Below, one piece after another: positions 27,101-38,877 of a DNA stretch of 64,000 nt. Numbering within the stretch: position 1 is the first letter of the stretch; every line of letters starts with the position of its first letter. A program made the translations under genes and the position numbers. The DNA comes from Moniliella sp. 'wahieum' (taxonomy: Eukaryota), in NCBI GenBank assembly GCA_003971905.1, contig RSEE01000102.1:124001-188000 (forward strand), given 5' to 3'. The notes under the pieces are model-generated. The model was not told the origin of the DNA and did no database searches. It saw nothing but the letters and a program-made list of their open reading frames with translations.

Positions 27101-30100
27101 CAAGAACTAACTGTCTGTCCGATGCCCCACCACTGAATTTGAAGCGAAGGATGTCAGCCTCTTTTTTGCTCCGGGATCCAGATTCAGTTGCTCCGCCTTT
27201 TAAATTGTGGGAGGACCATCGTTCTTTTCTTCAAAGGTTGTCAGTACTCAAAACAGCCTGAGTATACTGTCCGTACTGAGACTCCGTTGGATATATTCAG
27301 TTACTGAGCAGTGTAATACTCATAGACACTCCTACAGGTGCTCACCGTTGATCAAGAATGTCATACTTTTGCCATTCATTTTACTCAAGCGGCGAACTCA
27401 CAACACAGTAAGCCTCTTTTTTTGCGCAATGGTACTCTGTTCCATGTTGGCTCTGCCTGGACTCTGCCCGTGACACGTTACAACCGCGTCTCGTGAAATA
27501 GCCGACTCAGGGTACTCTGGCCTCGCCTCACCGCCTCAACTGTGGCCGCCCAGATGTCACAGCGTGTGAGAGTCAGCCTGTGAGCCACAGAGCTCAGCCT
27601 GAGCGGCTCATTAGTTTCGATATTTTCCGTTGACATTCATCACATCAAAAAATGCCCACCTGAAAAAGGGTGCTGCGAGCTTTTGGTCGCGGCAAACGAT
27701 AATGTGTGCTCGCCATTGATTCTTTCCATCGGCTTTCACACAAGGCTACGATCCTGAGGCCTGAGGCACGAGGGTGTCTCATCAAATGTGTCCCTCTCCG
27801 TCCACACAAAACCCGTCCATGTTGAGTAGCAGGGTTCCACACCACGGTGAATGAGAAACGTCAACGTCTGTATAACACACACACACCCTGAGCAGTCTGC
27901 ATAAAAAAACTGTCTCTCTTTTATCAAGTTTTGGAAACGTATAGAGACAAGCCATACCACGGAGACACAGGGACAAGGCTCTCGTTGTCGTCAGTGTGGC
28001 GGACGTCGGCCTGGGGCCCGACCTACAGTTAGAGGTGCTTTCCCTTGGAGAAGGGCTGGCCACACTCAGTATGTAATCAGTACTCAGTACCCACGGTGGA
28101 CCAAGCCTGAACCCTGAACCTTGAGCAACATTTTTAGCGGATCTAAACTCTGAATGGGGCTAGAGAAGACGAGGCAAGAGGACTATTAATTGGGGCGTCG
28201 GCTCGCGTGATGTGTGTAATATGTGCCAGAACGAGCAAGACTAGCGGGCCTGTAGCCCGTGGGCCTCTAAAGGGTTGGCCAGAAGGTTGACGCAGGCAAA
28301 CCGGAGAGGATGAGACAGGTAATGCGCACTGTCGAACAACTCTACTCTTGTAGTGTAGGATAGCCCCGGTGGGACCCCTACAGAGTTGACTGATTGTTAG
28401 AGATCGACGGCAACTGAAGCCCGTTCGAAAGGATACTGGAAAGCCAAGGTAAGATAACTTTATCTTAGGGGCTCAAACCGCCAACACACGGGTGATTCAC
28501 CTCGATTATCTGTGCAGCGCGAAAGGGACTCGATCCTATAGTTCATACATATATCGATGTATAAATAACTTGCTCTGTTTAGACACAACGAGTGCATGGG
28601 TTTGCTCAACGTTCAGACAAGCCACCAGCCCAAACTTGGCGTAGACCGAAAACCCAGGCAAGGGAGACAAGGGGAGCGTATGAATTTGGTCGGGCTGTGG
28701 GCCGCCAGCTCCGTCGTCCCGCGACCCTCGTCTTCTCCCCGGGGTCTTTCCACAGCGGTCAAAAATTATATAGCCACACGGCAATGTTTTGATATCTCAA
28801 GGCACTCTCGAGGTTCTCCCTTCGTCATCTGCATCCTACCAGTGGACTATCTCACGGACAGTTCTTTAAATCGGCTCGCCTCTCATCGTCGTGAACACGG
28901 TTTTGAGTGCATCTGAAGTGATTCCATCATCCATTTGACAAGAAGAAACGTCACATTTGTCGATATACTGTGCATATCGTTAGTGTTTGTAAACATAATA
29001 TACTTCAGCGCATCTCATGTGAAGATCGCTATAACAGAATCTTCTTATATAAGCGTCAACGAACGGCCTCTCCACCCCAACTAAGGCTGAGGAAGTGTTA
29101 TCGCAGAGATATGCTTGCGCTGAGTAGCATGCGTGCACCCTCATACTTCAGTCCGGGTGTGTGATTCGGCGTCGGATGTGAGTTTGTCCAATTCCCAGGC
29201 TTTGGCCTATCTGTTTCCTATTGTGACATGATCCTTTCCCATCTGCATTCACCTCTCTGTATTTGGTTTTCTTTATTACGCTCCGTCCTTCCTCTCTCGT
29301 GCTTGTCTTCGGCACTTTTTGTTCCTTTTAAAGTAACCCGACCGCATTGAATTCATCACTTTTGACGACAGTGGGGATGAAAATCAGAATAGCTGAGGAC
29401 CAACCACGAGATTCACGATATGAGAGACGAGGCGAGTATCAAGGACAAAGCGGACCCCATATGAGAAACGAGACGAGAAAAAGAGTCGAAACCATGTGTA
29501 GTGTTGTAGATTTTGGACAAGCGAGTGTAGGGGAGAGACAATTGTTGTGGTTTTGGTAAATAGGCCGAAGAAAATCCGAGCCACAATAGCGAGCGATAGC
29601 GAAAGATAGAGAAAACTGAAGTTGTGACAGGGAGAGAAGTCGAGAAGCGAGAGCGACAGTAAGGGATGAGTGGAGGTGGCTGTGCAAAGCGACTTTTGAT
29701 CGATACCTTGATCGTCGCCCGTGATATACGATACCCGGAGGCTAACAACTACCTTAAATTTGTTGTTATGGTCCGGTGGCTGATCAGCCACCACTACTAT
29801 TTATTAGGTTACTCTCTGTAACTATTTTTACTAGTACCCCTTGCCAACATCGAACCTGTCGTCTCTGCCCTTGTTCGGGTTCCTCATACCTTCGTTATCG
29901 GCGTTATCCTTGCTGTGGGTCCAGCCCTATTCGGTTGGGCCCATACATCCATGGGCAGCACCTGTCACGGTGACAACTGTCACCGATATGAGAGATGCGT
30001 CTTACGCCAATGTCTCCTGGTTAGTGCTGACCTATTACTGTCATCAGTGGGTCTGCACTTATACACTTGCTGGGAAGAACCTACGTGTCCGTGAGTGGGG

Positions 30101-30267
30101 GGTATCCGACGTTCTGATGCTATGCAAAAAACGGAAGACGGTCACGACGAGCGAAGGCTGGCACATGCATGGCGGATGGATGCAGGGATGGAGGGTACAG
30201 AGGAGACAAGAGAGGCGATAGGCATCGAGGGTAGGCTAGGCGATAGATTGTGGGCCTAGGTAGAGAG

Positions 30268-33200
30268 CTACTGGGGTGCGGTCCAGTCAAACTGAGCAAA
30301 CGCTTGGTCTTCCGCCGGGGTAGGGGAAGAAACAACGGACAAGGTGGGCTCGGCGTGGTTGTGGAGTTGTTCAAAGTGGTGCGTGTCCAGGGCGGTAAGA
30401 ATTTGCGGCAGAAACGGAGGTGGAAGTTGCTTGGCCAAGAGCAGGTCCCAGTCCACCGTACGAAAGAAGGGATGCGCTTTGACTTCGGCCGCATCGGCTT
30501 GTCCGCCGCCCAAGCGGCAGCGCGGGTCGTGCGTTAGTAGACGGTCAATCAAATCTTCACTGTATTCGGGCCATTGCGCAGCGTTCTCCTTGTAGTACTT
30601 GCCTTCTTGCACCTGCCCTGCAATTTCCGCAATGTCTTCCCCAACAAACGGCGCGACATTGAACAGCAGCTCGTACAGCAGCACCCCAAACGCCCACCAC
30701 TCGGCCGCACGCGTGTAGCAGCAGGGATAATCATAGATCTGATCCACATATGTCATGTCAGTGCCATGGTCCAGAACAGGGAGGAAACTGGAACAGTCAG
30801 TTGTCCCTAAAAGCACACAGCGTACCTCGGGGGCCATAAATTCCGGCGTGCCAGCAAACGTATCAGTTGTTATGTTGTGGAACATGTTGGATTTGCACAT
30901 GCCATAGTCGACCAACTTGATGTGACCATCGGCGGCCATCATGATATTCTGCAATTTTAAGTCGCGATACACGATCCCAAGGCGATGCAGAAACTCGAGC
31001 GCCAACACCACCTCGGCCGCATAGAACCTGCCAGCCCACCAGGGCAGCGTACCACGCTGATACAACGTGAAAAAGTCACCCCCAGGGCAATACTCCATGG
31101 CAAAAAAGCATCGGTCCGCCGTTTGGAAAATGGCATACAAATCGATCAGGAACGGGTGCCCTTTGGGGTTGGCGCTGACAATATCAATAAACGTGTCACG
31201 CTCGCGGTACAGCAACTCCAATTGCCTCTCTGTTTCAGCCAACAACTGGGTCTTGACCAACGCCTTGAGCGCCACCAGCCGCCCTCCCCCGCGTGCTAAG
31301 AACACCTTTCCAAATGCTCCGCGACCCAAGATACGTAGAAGAGTGTAGTCCTCCAACTTGGTTGGCATGCGAGGCAGCACCGTCCCTTCTTCGGGCTCTC
31401 TCACCGGCGACTCTTGCTCGGCAGGCACCTGGGAAGCATCGCCCGCCACACCGCCCGCCACACCGCTTCTGCAGGCGCCTGGGAAGCAGCCCGCCACACC
31501 GTTTTCTTCGGCAAGTGAAGGCGTGGGATGAGGGAGACTGTGGATGCAGGCGTACGCGCACGTATAACTACCTCCTCCCCATCGTACGGCCGCACCCAGG
31601 AAAACGATTCCCCTTCTGTGTGGGAAACAGTGGCGACGGGCTGGTCCATCTCGAGCGGGAGACGGCGGGGGTGCGTCCCAGGGGTCGGAGATGGGCATTC
31701 GTAACTTGACTAGGTAAGTAGGGGTGGTAGAAGAAAGCGGAGGTAGGGGGGACGGTTGAGTTGGCACTGGGTATCTGGATCTCAGTAACAGGGGAAGTGG
31801 CGATGGCTGAGCGGGGGGGGTCGGTGGCCGTCTCAGAAGGGGGCTGGGGTGGGTCCGAGGCGTAGAGATCGGTGTGAGTACAGCGGTGGATGGGGGACCG
31901 ACGGTGGGTTGGGGACCGACGGTGGGTTGGGGACCGACGGTGGGTTGGGGTTGATGCTGGCCACTGGCGTAATATGGGTGGGCGCGGCGGTGACGGTCCG
32001 CCTGGAAACGACCGATGGGGGTGGGGCCGGGGTTTCGGAGGGGAGAATGACAGAGGTAGGAGCAACGGTGGTAGTGGAGGTAGAGGAGGTAGAGGATGGT
32101 GGGGGGGTGGCTGCGACGGCTGCTGCTACGAGGACCGCGGCTGGAAGTCTGGGAGAGCTCGAGCAGTTTCTCTGGGCTTTCTCCACAGGTCAAAGGCAGG
32201 CGGGGTGCACAGGCTTCGTGGGCCTGGTAGAGCTCGAGCAGTTTCTTGGGCTTACTCCAAGGTCAAAGGCAGGCGGGGCACACAGGCTCGTGGGCCCAGA
32301 CCGAACAGCGAGAGCACTTGCTCCCCTTGAGGACGCTTTGGCACACTCCGCTTGCCACAGTGGGCGCACCAGTCCTGCCGAGCATCACCATTTGGTGGTT
32401 CAAAGTCGTGAGGGGACTTGAAGCGACTGACAAACCGCTTTTCCTCTTCGGTCACCGTCGAAGCAAAGCAAGGGACCCAGACCTGCTCTACACACGTTTC
32501 GTGGCACCCGTACGAGCAGCGAGAACATTGCACTTGAGCGTCCTTGTTCTTTTGTCCACAGAGCGCGCAGACAATGCGAGCGAAACTGGTGCTAGCCACA
32601 AACTGTGCCCGTGTCGGCCCTGAATCAGCCCGACCGGGGCAGGTTTTTTAAACAACACGGCGTTGCGGCCCAAGCGCCTCTCTGCTTAATGTAGAGGCTG
32701 ATCTGAATTCGTGCGCCCACCGGTTCGAGCAGGAAACAGGATGGTAGGCTCGGGCTTCTCCATTCTTGCCCGAGTTGACGCCCACCACATAGTCCATCGA
32801 TCGCTTCCGCTGTATTTCTAGCACATCCGCCAAATAGATCCATCCGATTGCAACCGCCGTGGGGGACGGGGGGGCGCTGTCGGATCCCACGAGTTGGTCG
32901 TACACGATCACTTCGACGTACTGCACGCTCTCCAACGTGACCTGCAGTTGACTGAGCGGATCCGACGGGCTTACACCTCCACCCCGACCCCCATCTCGTC
33001 CAAGGCAGGGCTCGGTCTTGTGGCTTGGGCCCTTGTTGGCCCGCATCTCAAAAAACGTCGACGCTTCTCGGGACCGACACTGGGGCCAACATGCTCAATC
33101 CCACTCACCGTATACACTTTGCAGTAAGCGTGCCCGATACCTTGGGCACCTCTTGTCGCTTCAATTCGGGGACTTGCATCTTGTCAGCAAGGTGCACGCC

Positions 33201-33754
33201 CTTCCGATCGTGAGGGGGGGATGGGGCTTACCAGTGGGCGGGAAAGAGCCAGGAGGGGGATCGTACCGCTCCAACGCCTTGTCCAGGAGGGGTAGCTTCT
33301 CCTGTGCCTGGGCGGCGGGTATCTCTGGCGAGATGGATCTGTCTCGAGTTGGGCATGGAGGCGTCGGACAAGTGGTGCAGGATCTCTTCAGTGGCAGTAA
33401 TGGTTTCTTCTCGGTGTGGATGCGCTCGACGACGCGTTGGCGTGTCCGTGCGTGTTGCTCGACGGGCAACTGCCGCTGCCCATCGGCTTGAATCGCGGAC
33501 AGGCGGGACAAACGCTGCTCGATCTGCTGCTGGTGCTGATCGAAGCTGAACTGGGCCTGGGCATACTCGACTTCCCGGCGCCGGAGGCGCTCCTCATTGC
33601 GGTCACGCTTGACTTCGAGGCGCGGGAAGCGCTCCTCATCGCGGTCACGCTTGACTTCGAGGCGCCGGAGGCACTCCTCATCGTGGCCACGCAGCTGGCG
33701 CAGCTGGTACAGCTGGCGCAGCAGGTTCAGTTCCTCCTCTAGCGTGCCTTGCAT
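30268..33754 (-). CDS. Diverged fungal protein kinase C (Pkc1)-like AGC kinase
   Basis: Domain order: coiled coil/HR1 remnant (KLPLLDKALERY), C2 (VEVIVYDQ..AIGWIYLADV), LGRNAVLFKK, C1A (CALC..CSRCSYGCHETC), C1B (PHDFEP..WCAHCG), then kinase (LGRGAFGKV, VALK, YRDLK, DYGMCK, TFAGTPEFMAPE). An 87-bp in-frame intron lies at 30825-30739. Confidence 0.88.
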
Positions 33755-33967
33755 CAAGAGGAGGGAAAAGTGGTGGTGGAGGAAGAGGGGGAGGAGGAGA
33801 CAGACATGCTGGACACTTTTTGTGCTGTCGTCGAGCGGGGCGGCGTGGGCCGGCGGCAGGTGTAGCAAGGGGCTATGTACTAATGTACTATGTACATATG
33901 GGCGTGTGGTGGGTGCATTCTCAGGCGGCAGGCGATTATAGGCGCAGCTCGCGCCCCAGCCTAGCAG

Positions 33968-34840
33968 TGTCACGGGCGGGCGCCGCCAGGGGGCCCGTCC
34001 TGGGGCTTTGGGGTATAGTACAATCCCTTAGGCGACGGTAGGTCGACTCACGACAGTAGTTTCTTCATCGGGCTTGGGCTGGTTGGTGTATCCGAGCGGA
34101 GCTAGGGACGAGGAGATGCCTTTGGTGGGGCGGCTGCTCGTATGGCAAGACTGCGTCTGCACCGGCTTGGGCCCGTAGTAACGTGTCTGAAGCCTCCGGG
34201 ACTTAGGGACGGGAGGAGGCAGAGGGGGACAAACACTGCCTCAACTGAGACTGGGATCGCCGCGAACCAAAAGAGGGCTCGCGCGACTGAACTGACGAAG
34301 GGCTGGAAGACGAGGTCGGAGGGGATGTCGGACGCTAACAAGAGGAGCTGCCTGTACTGGATCAATTGGCTGGAAAAGGGCAGGAGTCGGACAGGGTAGG
34401 TGGGAACGACGGACGAGAATGGAAAGTGGGGGAAAGGATCCCATGGACCAGGGGTACAGGCAAGATCAAAAGGGAAACGGATACAAGAGGGGGGTGTGTG
34501 GTAGAAAGGAAGACATGCCGTCAAAAGCGGGGTTGGTCGCCGCAGGCGCGACCGAGAAAGGAAAAGGAAACGGGGACGGGCCGACAGACGTCGCCACGGC
34601 ACTGGAAGCTCAGCGGCCTAGTTATTTGGGCCAGCCGACTTGGGCTTTTGGGTGGGGAGGCGACTATTGTCGCACGGAGCATGGCCCTTCGGCCACGATA
34701 CCTATAATTTAGCCACAACCATCATGCTCATGCAGGCATCACACTCGGTTGGCCTGCGGAGCATGCTCTACTGGGCATGTGTGGAGCAGGCGGGCCTTAG
34801 CTTGGGTCGGACCATCTGGTGTCCGCCGCAGCCCGTGACA
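33968..34840. mobile_element. Solo LTR (873 bp)
   Basis: Termini TGTCACGGGC...GCCCGTGACA form a perfect 10-bp inverted repeat, flanked by a perfect 5-bp TSD AGCAG (33963-33967 and 34841-34845). Confidence 0.85.
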
Positions 34841-35238
34841 AGCAGCGAGTATTGAGTACGAGGAAGTGCTATCGGACTCATGATATTCTTAATTGTGTCT
34901 TCGCAGCCTCCGCTTGCTTCTGTTGGGGGGGCAGCACTAGGCTTCCCCTGCACCCCTCGGTGGATTGGTGACGGCGCTCTCGCTTAGCCGGTCGAAAGAG
35001 TTCCTCTCGCAGGCCGCGCGCACGCCTTGCTCGCTCCATCTCCCTTCTCTCTCTCTCTCGTCTCCTTTCCTTCATGCAAGTGTTGCTTGAAAACTTGTGG
35101 CTCACCCCTTTGCCTTCACGCCTGTCTGATATCGAGCCTGCCACCTCTGGACCACCGATCATCGATCGACCACTCCGCCTTGTGCCACGGTTACTCTTTG
35201 CACCACCGCTCGATATAGAAAGTAGAGATCGAGTACTC

Positions 35239-36466
35239 TCAGGCAGTACTCCTACGTCCTACGTACAACGCCAACACTGATGCCCGCTGCGTCTGCTGGC
35301 GCCACCGTGCATTGCGCTCACGTGACCTGCGCCCGCTCCAGCAGCCACACACACTCCAGTGCGCCCGCTCGTCGTACTCGGGCTCGAGCGCTGGCCGCGC
35401 CGTCTGGGCGGGCGGGAGGCGCAGCCTGCTGCCGTCCCACTGCGGCAGGTCCGGGTCGCCGCGCCAGCCCACGGAGCGCACCTCACCCCCCGGCGCCAGG
35501 TACCGTTCCCACACGCCCTGCGCAGGCGCCTCCCGGTCCGGCACGAGCCCCGCCTGCGCGGCCAGCGCGACAAACGTAGCCAGCGGTCGTCGTCCCGTGT
35601 GCAAGCCCGAGATGATCAGGACCTTGCCTCGGGGCGCGCAGCGCGAGCAGCGTAGTCAGCAGCGCTTCGTGCGCCGATGTCATCCACAGCACGTCCGAGC
35701 ATAGAATTAGGTCGTACCCCCGCCCTTGGGTCCAGCCGCGCGCGGCTTGCATCTGCTCCTCGTTGCCCCACAGCAGCGCTTGCGCCTCGGCGCGGGTCCC
35801 GCTTGGTCGGTTGCGGTCCACGTTCGCCTTCAAGCACGCAAGAAGCTTCTCATCCGGGTAGTCTGTTGCCAGGCTCTGTCCCACACACACACATCCCACA
35901 AAAACAGATGGTTAGTGAGGGAGTGCCATCGGTATCGGGCAGGAGATGGATCGGGGGGGGCATCCCGCGTTCCAACCCCGGCTACGCGCAACAGCGAGCA
36001 AAGATCAATGCAGGGCGCGGAGACGTACGAGAGAAGCTCCGAGCTGGGCGGCTACCAGGCTGGGCAGGCCGGTGCCCGAGCCTAGTTCCAGCACGGCTTT
36101 GGAGCGCACGTCGAGGGCGGTGCGGATGTGGGCGTGGGGCGGGGGAAGCGATGTGAGTTCGCGGCCGCGGCCAAGGTGCACGTCGGCCAAGAGCTGGGCC
36201 ATGGTCCGCCCACTGGCCCATTGGTACTGCGCCGCAATCTTGGTGTTGGCAGCATCGACGTCGGGGACGGAAAAGTGCAGGTCGTGGGCGAGGGCAGGAT
36301 GGGAAAAGGCGAGATGAGCATGGGCGCTGCCCTCGGCAGGCTGGGACAGACCAAAGATGCTGCCCAAGGCATCCTCAAACACGTCGCTGGCGTCGAGCTC
36401 GGCAGGAGATGGAGACGGAGAGGGAGATGGAGATGGGATGGACAGCGGCGCGGTGGTGACAGCCAT
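35239..36466 (-). CDS. Methyltransferase family 16 protein (Nnt1/Efm7-like)
   Basis: QYQWASG, VLELGSGTGLPSL (motif I), intron near 36028-35876, TDYPD..LKANVDRN, LLWG, YDLILCSDVLW, HTGR. Confidence 0.85.
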
Positions 36467-37096
36467 GGGTGGGGCGGAGCTGATGGCCACGGCTGCGGCT
36501 GGGTGGCAGCGGCCGAAGACAGGAAGGAGCAGACCTAAGGCCTAAAGCCAAGACTGGCGAGGTGGTCTCGGTGTGTTACTCGGTGGCGCCTCTAGCTCTG
36601 GGATTCTGAGATCGGAAATTGAAGCCGAAAGCGGAAGTGTGGCAGTGTGGCAGCGTGTCACATGTCAGGGTGTACGTAGCATCATGATGCATGAGCATGA
36701 TCATGCACCAGCGCCGCCGCGTTTTGTCTTTGTCTCGCGCACCACCACAGCGCCAGTGCGTGGGCGTGCGTGCAGCTTGCAGGCTAGGTGGGGGAGGACA
36801 CAGTTCCAATGCCCGGCACCCTCGCACTGCAACAGGCGGCGTGTGGAGACATGCGGCGATGCGAGCCTCTCGGCTGTCTGTCGCACAGCAACGTTATGCG
36901 TTATGCGGTACGCAGTGCCTGGTGCGTCCTGCGTCTCACACACTCCTCCCTGGTGGCCGTCACGCGTCACCTTCTTCCTTCCGGCCCACTTGAGCCGCAA
37001 TCCTCCGCCGCCGTCCGCCCCCGCTCCTCGCCTGCAAACAGCCCCGCTCGCCCATGCCCTACCCACTTGCCCCCTCCCACCGCCCCCCGGCGCCCC

Positions 37097-37179
37097 CATG
37101 TCCATGTCCATGTCCATGTCCACGCCCATGCCCATGCCCATGGCCCTGCAGACGCACATGTCCATGCCCCTGGGCGCCC

Positions 37180-37214
<35 letters not shown>

Positions 37215-37215
37215 C
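37097..37215. repeat. (CCCATG)n/(TCCATG)n coding microsatellite (MP/MS dipeptides)
   Basis: Read directly. Confidence 0.9.
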
Positions 37216-38792
37216 GCCCCGCCCCCCCACCCAGTCCTGCCCGCCCGCCCTCGGCGTCGAGCCACGTGGCCCGGCTGACCCAGCAGCTGACGCGCGCCAA
37301 CGTCGATACCTGGCTGGCGATTGCCTCGGCCATTGTCGCTGTTGGCGGAGAGGGCGCGCCGAAAGATGCGCTGGCGTCAGTGCAGCATGCGCTGCGCCAC
37401 GACCCACAGTCTGCAGCGGCCTACCGTGTGTTGGGACGCGTGTACCTCGACCTGGGCCAGCAGCCAGACGACGCCATCACCGCCCTTCACACCTCCCTCT
37501 CCCTCGCGCCGGACGAAGGCGCAACGTATCAAATCTTAGGCGACGCGTACCTTACCTTGGACCAGCTCAAGCCCGCGTACGAAGCGTACCAACAAGCTCT
37601 GCGTCTGCTGCCGGACCCCGACGTACCCGAACTGTGGTACCCGATCGGCATGCTGTACGAGCGCTATGGCTCGCTCGAGTACGCCCAACAGGCACTGGAG
37701 CACGTCGTGGCCCTTGTCACCCAGTCGCAAGACAGGGAGGACGAGAGGATACGTCACGTGCTCGCGAGCCCCGCACGCTTCCCTCACCTTCCCGAGGTGT
37801 TGTATCGTCTCGGCTTACTCTATCGCCAACAAGGCATGTACCCCGAGAGTGTCCGCGCCTTTCTCTCTCGTCGACGCGCCGCCGGCCCAGCTAACCAGGG
37901 GCGACGTGTACTTGGAACTGGGACAAGTGTATGCGCTGGCGGAGGAGTGTAGTTCGGCGCGGGACGCGTTGGAGCGCGCGTTGACCGCCTCGCCCGCGAC
38001 CCAGCTGCAAGCTCATCAAGCTCTGGCCTCGCTCTACCTGTCCCGCTACACGGGCCTGCTGGACCTGGACCAGGCCAGGACGCACATCCTTGCTGCGCAG
38101 CAAGGTGCGCCCATCGACCCTGATCCCGTCCTGGCCGCCCGCACAGCCTACCTCTCTGGCCGCTTGCACGCCGAGCACGACCAGGTAACCGAAGCGTTTT
38201 CAGCGTACCAACAAGCCATTCGGCTTGCGCCACAAGACGCGCGGATCTGGACCGCGATCGGCGTACTGTACTACCACACCAACCAAGCTGAAGACAGCTT
38301 ATTTGCCCTGGCCCAGGCGGCCCAACTGGCACCCACGTTGCCCGAACCGTGGTTCAACCTCGGATGCTTGTACCTCCACACCCCGGACCGCTCCGACGAC
38401 GCCCACCAGGCACTCCGGCGCGCCCAATCCGCTGCCGCGGGCCCAGGCGCTCGCATGGACCACTTACGCGCTTGCTTGCCGACTGGGACCGCGCAGAACC
38501 CGTGGACATTGATACCCTCGTCCCGCTTCCTCCCACGGACGAGACGGCGCATGGTGCGACGCCCAAAGGAGCCGATGCGGACACGGAAGCGGACGCGCAA
38601 GCGCCAGTGGAAGCGCCAGTGGAAGCGCGAGCGCCAGCAGGCGCAGGCGCAGGCGCAGGCGCAGGTACAGGTACAGGTCCCGGCGACAGGGACGGTGCGG
38701 CGGTGGATGCGTTGCTGGGCTTGGCCTCGGCGCGCTTCTCGCCCAAAAAGAAGCTCGTGTCGCCGCGGCGGGGCGGAGGTAGGTGGGCCTAG
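37098..38792 (+). CDS. Diverged Ssn6/Cyc8-like TPR co-repressor
   Basis: ANVDTWLAI, ALRHDP, AYEAYQQALRLLPDPDVPELWYPIGMLYERYGSL, EVLYRLGLLYRQQG, PPAQLTRGDVYLELGQVY, AYQQAI..IWTAIGVLYY, EPWFNLGCLY, all colinear with the Ssn6 TPR array. Frameshifts present. Confidence 0.8.
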
Positions 38793-38877
38793 GCGGTGGG
38801 CCTAGGCGGTGGTCCTAGGCGGTGGGCCTAGGCGGTGGTCCTAGGCGGTGGGCCTAGGCGGTGGTCCTAGGCGGTGG
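38782..38877. repeat. 13-bp minisatellite GGTGG(G/T)CCTAGGC, about 7 copies
   Basis: Read directly. Largely alternating G/T variants suggest a 26-bp higher-order unit. Confidence 0.9.

Noticed and set aside
29490..29570. Chromodomain-like fragment ILDKRV..QLLWFW
   Set aside because: Needs multiple stops and a frameshift to align, and there is no adjacent integrase signal.
34486..34717. Polypurine tract plus nested TGTGG..CCACA element inside the solo LTR
   Set aside because: No TSD, and the inverted repeat is only 5 bp.
38782..38877. CRISPR-like array
   Set aside because: Contiguous minisatellite without spacers, in a eukaryotic context with no cas genes.
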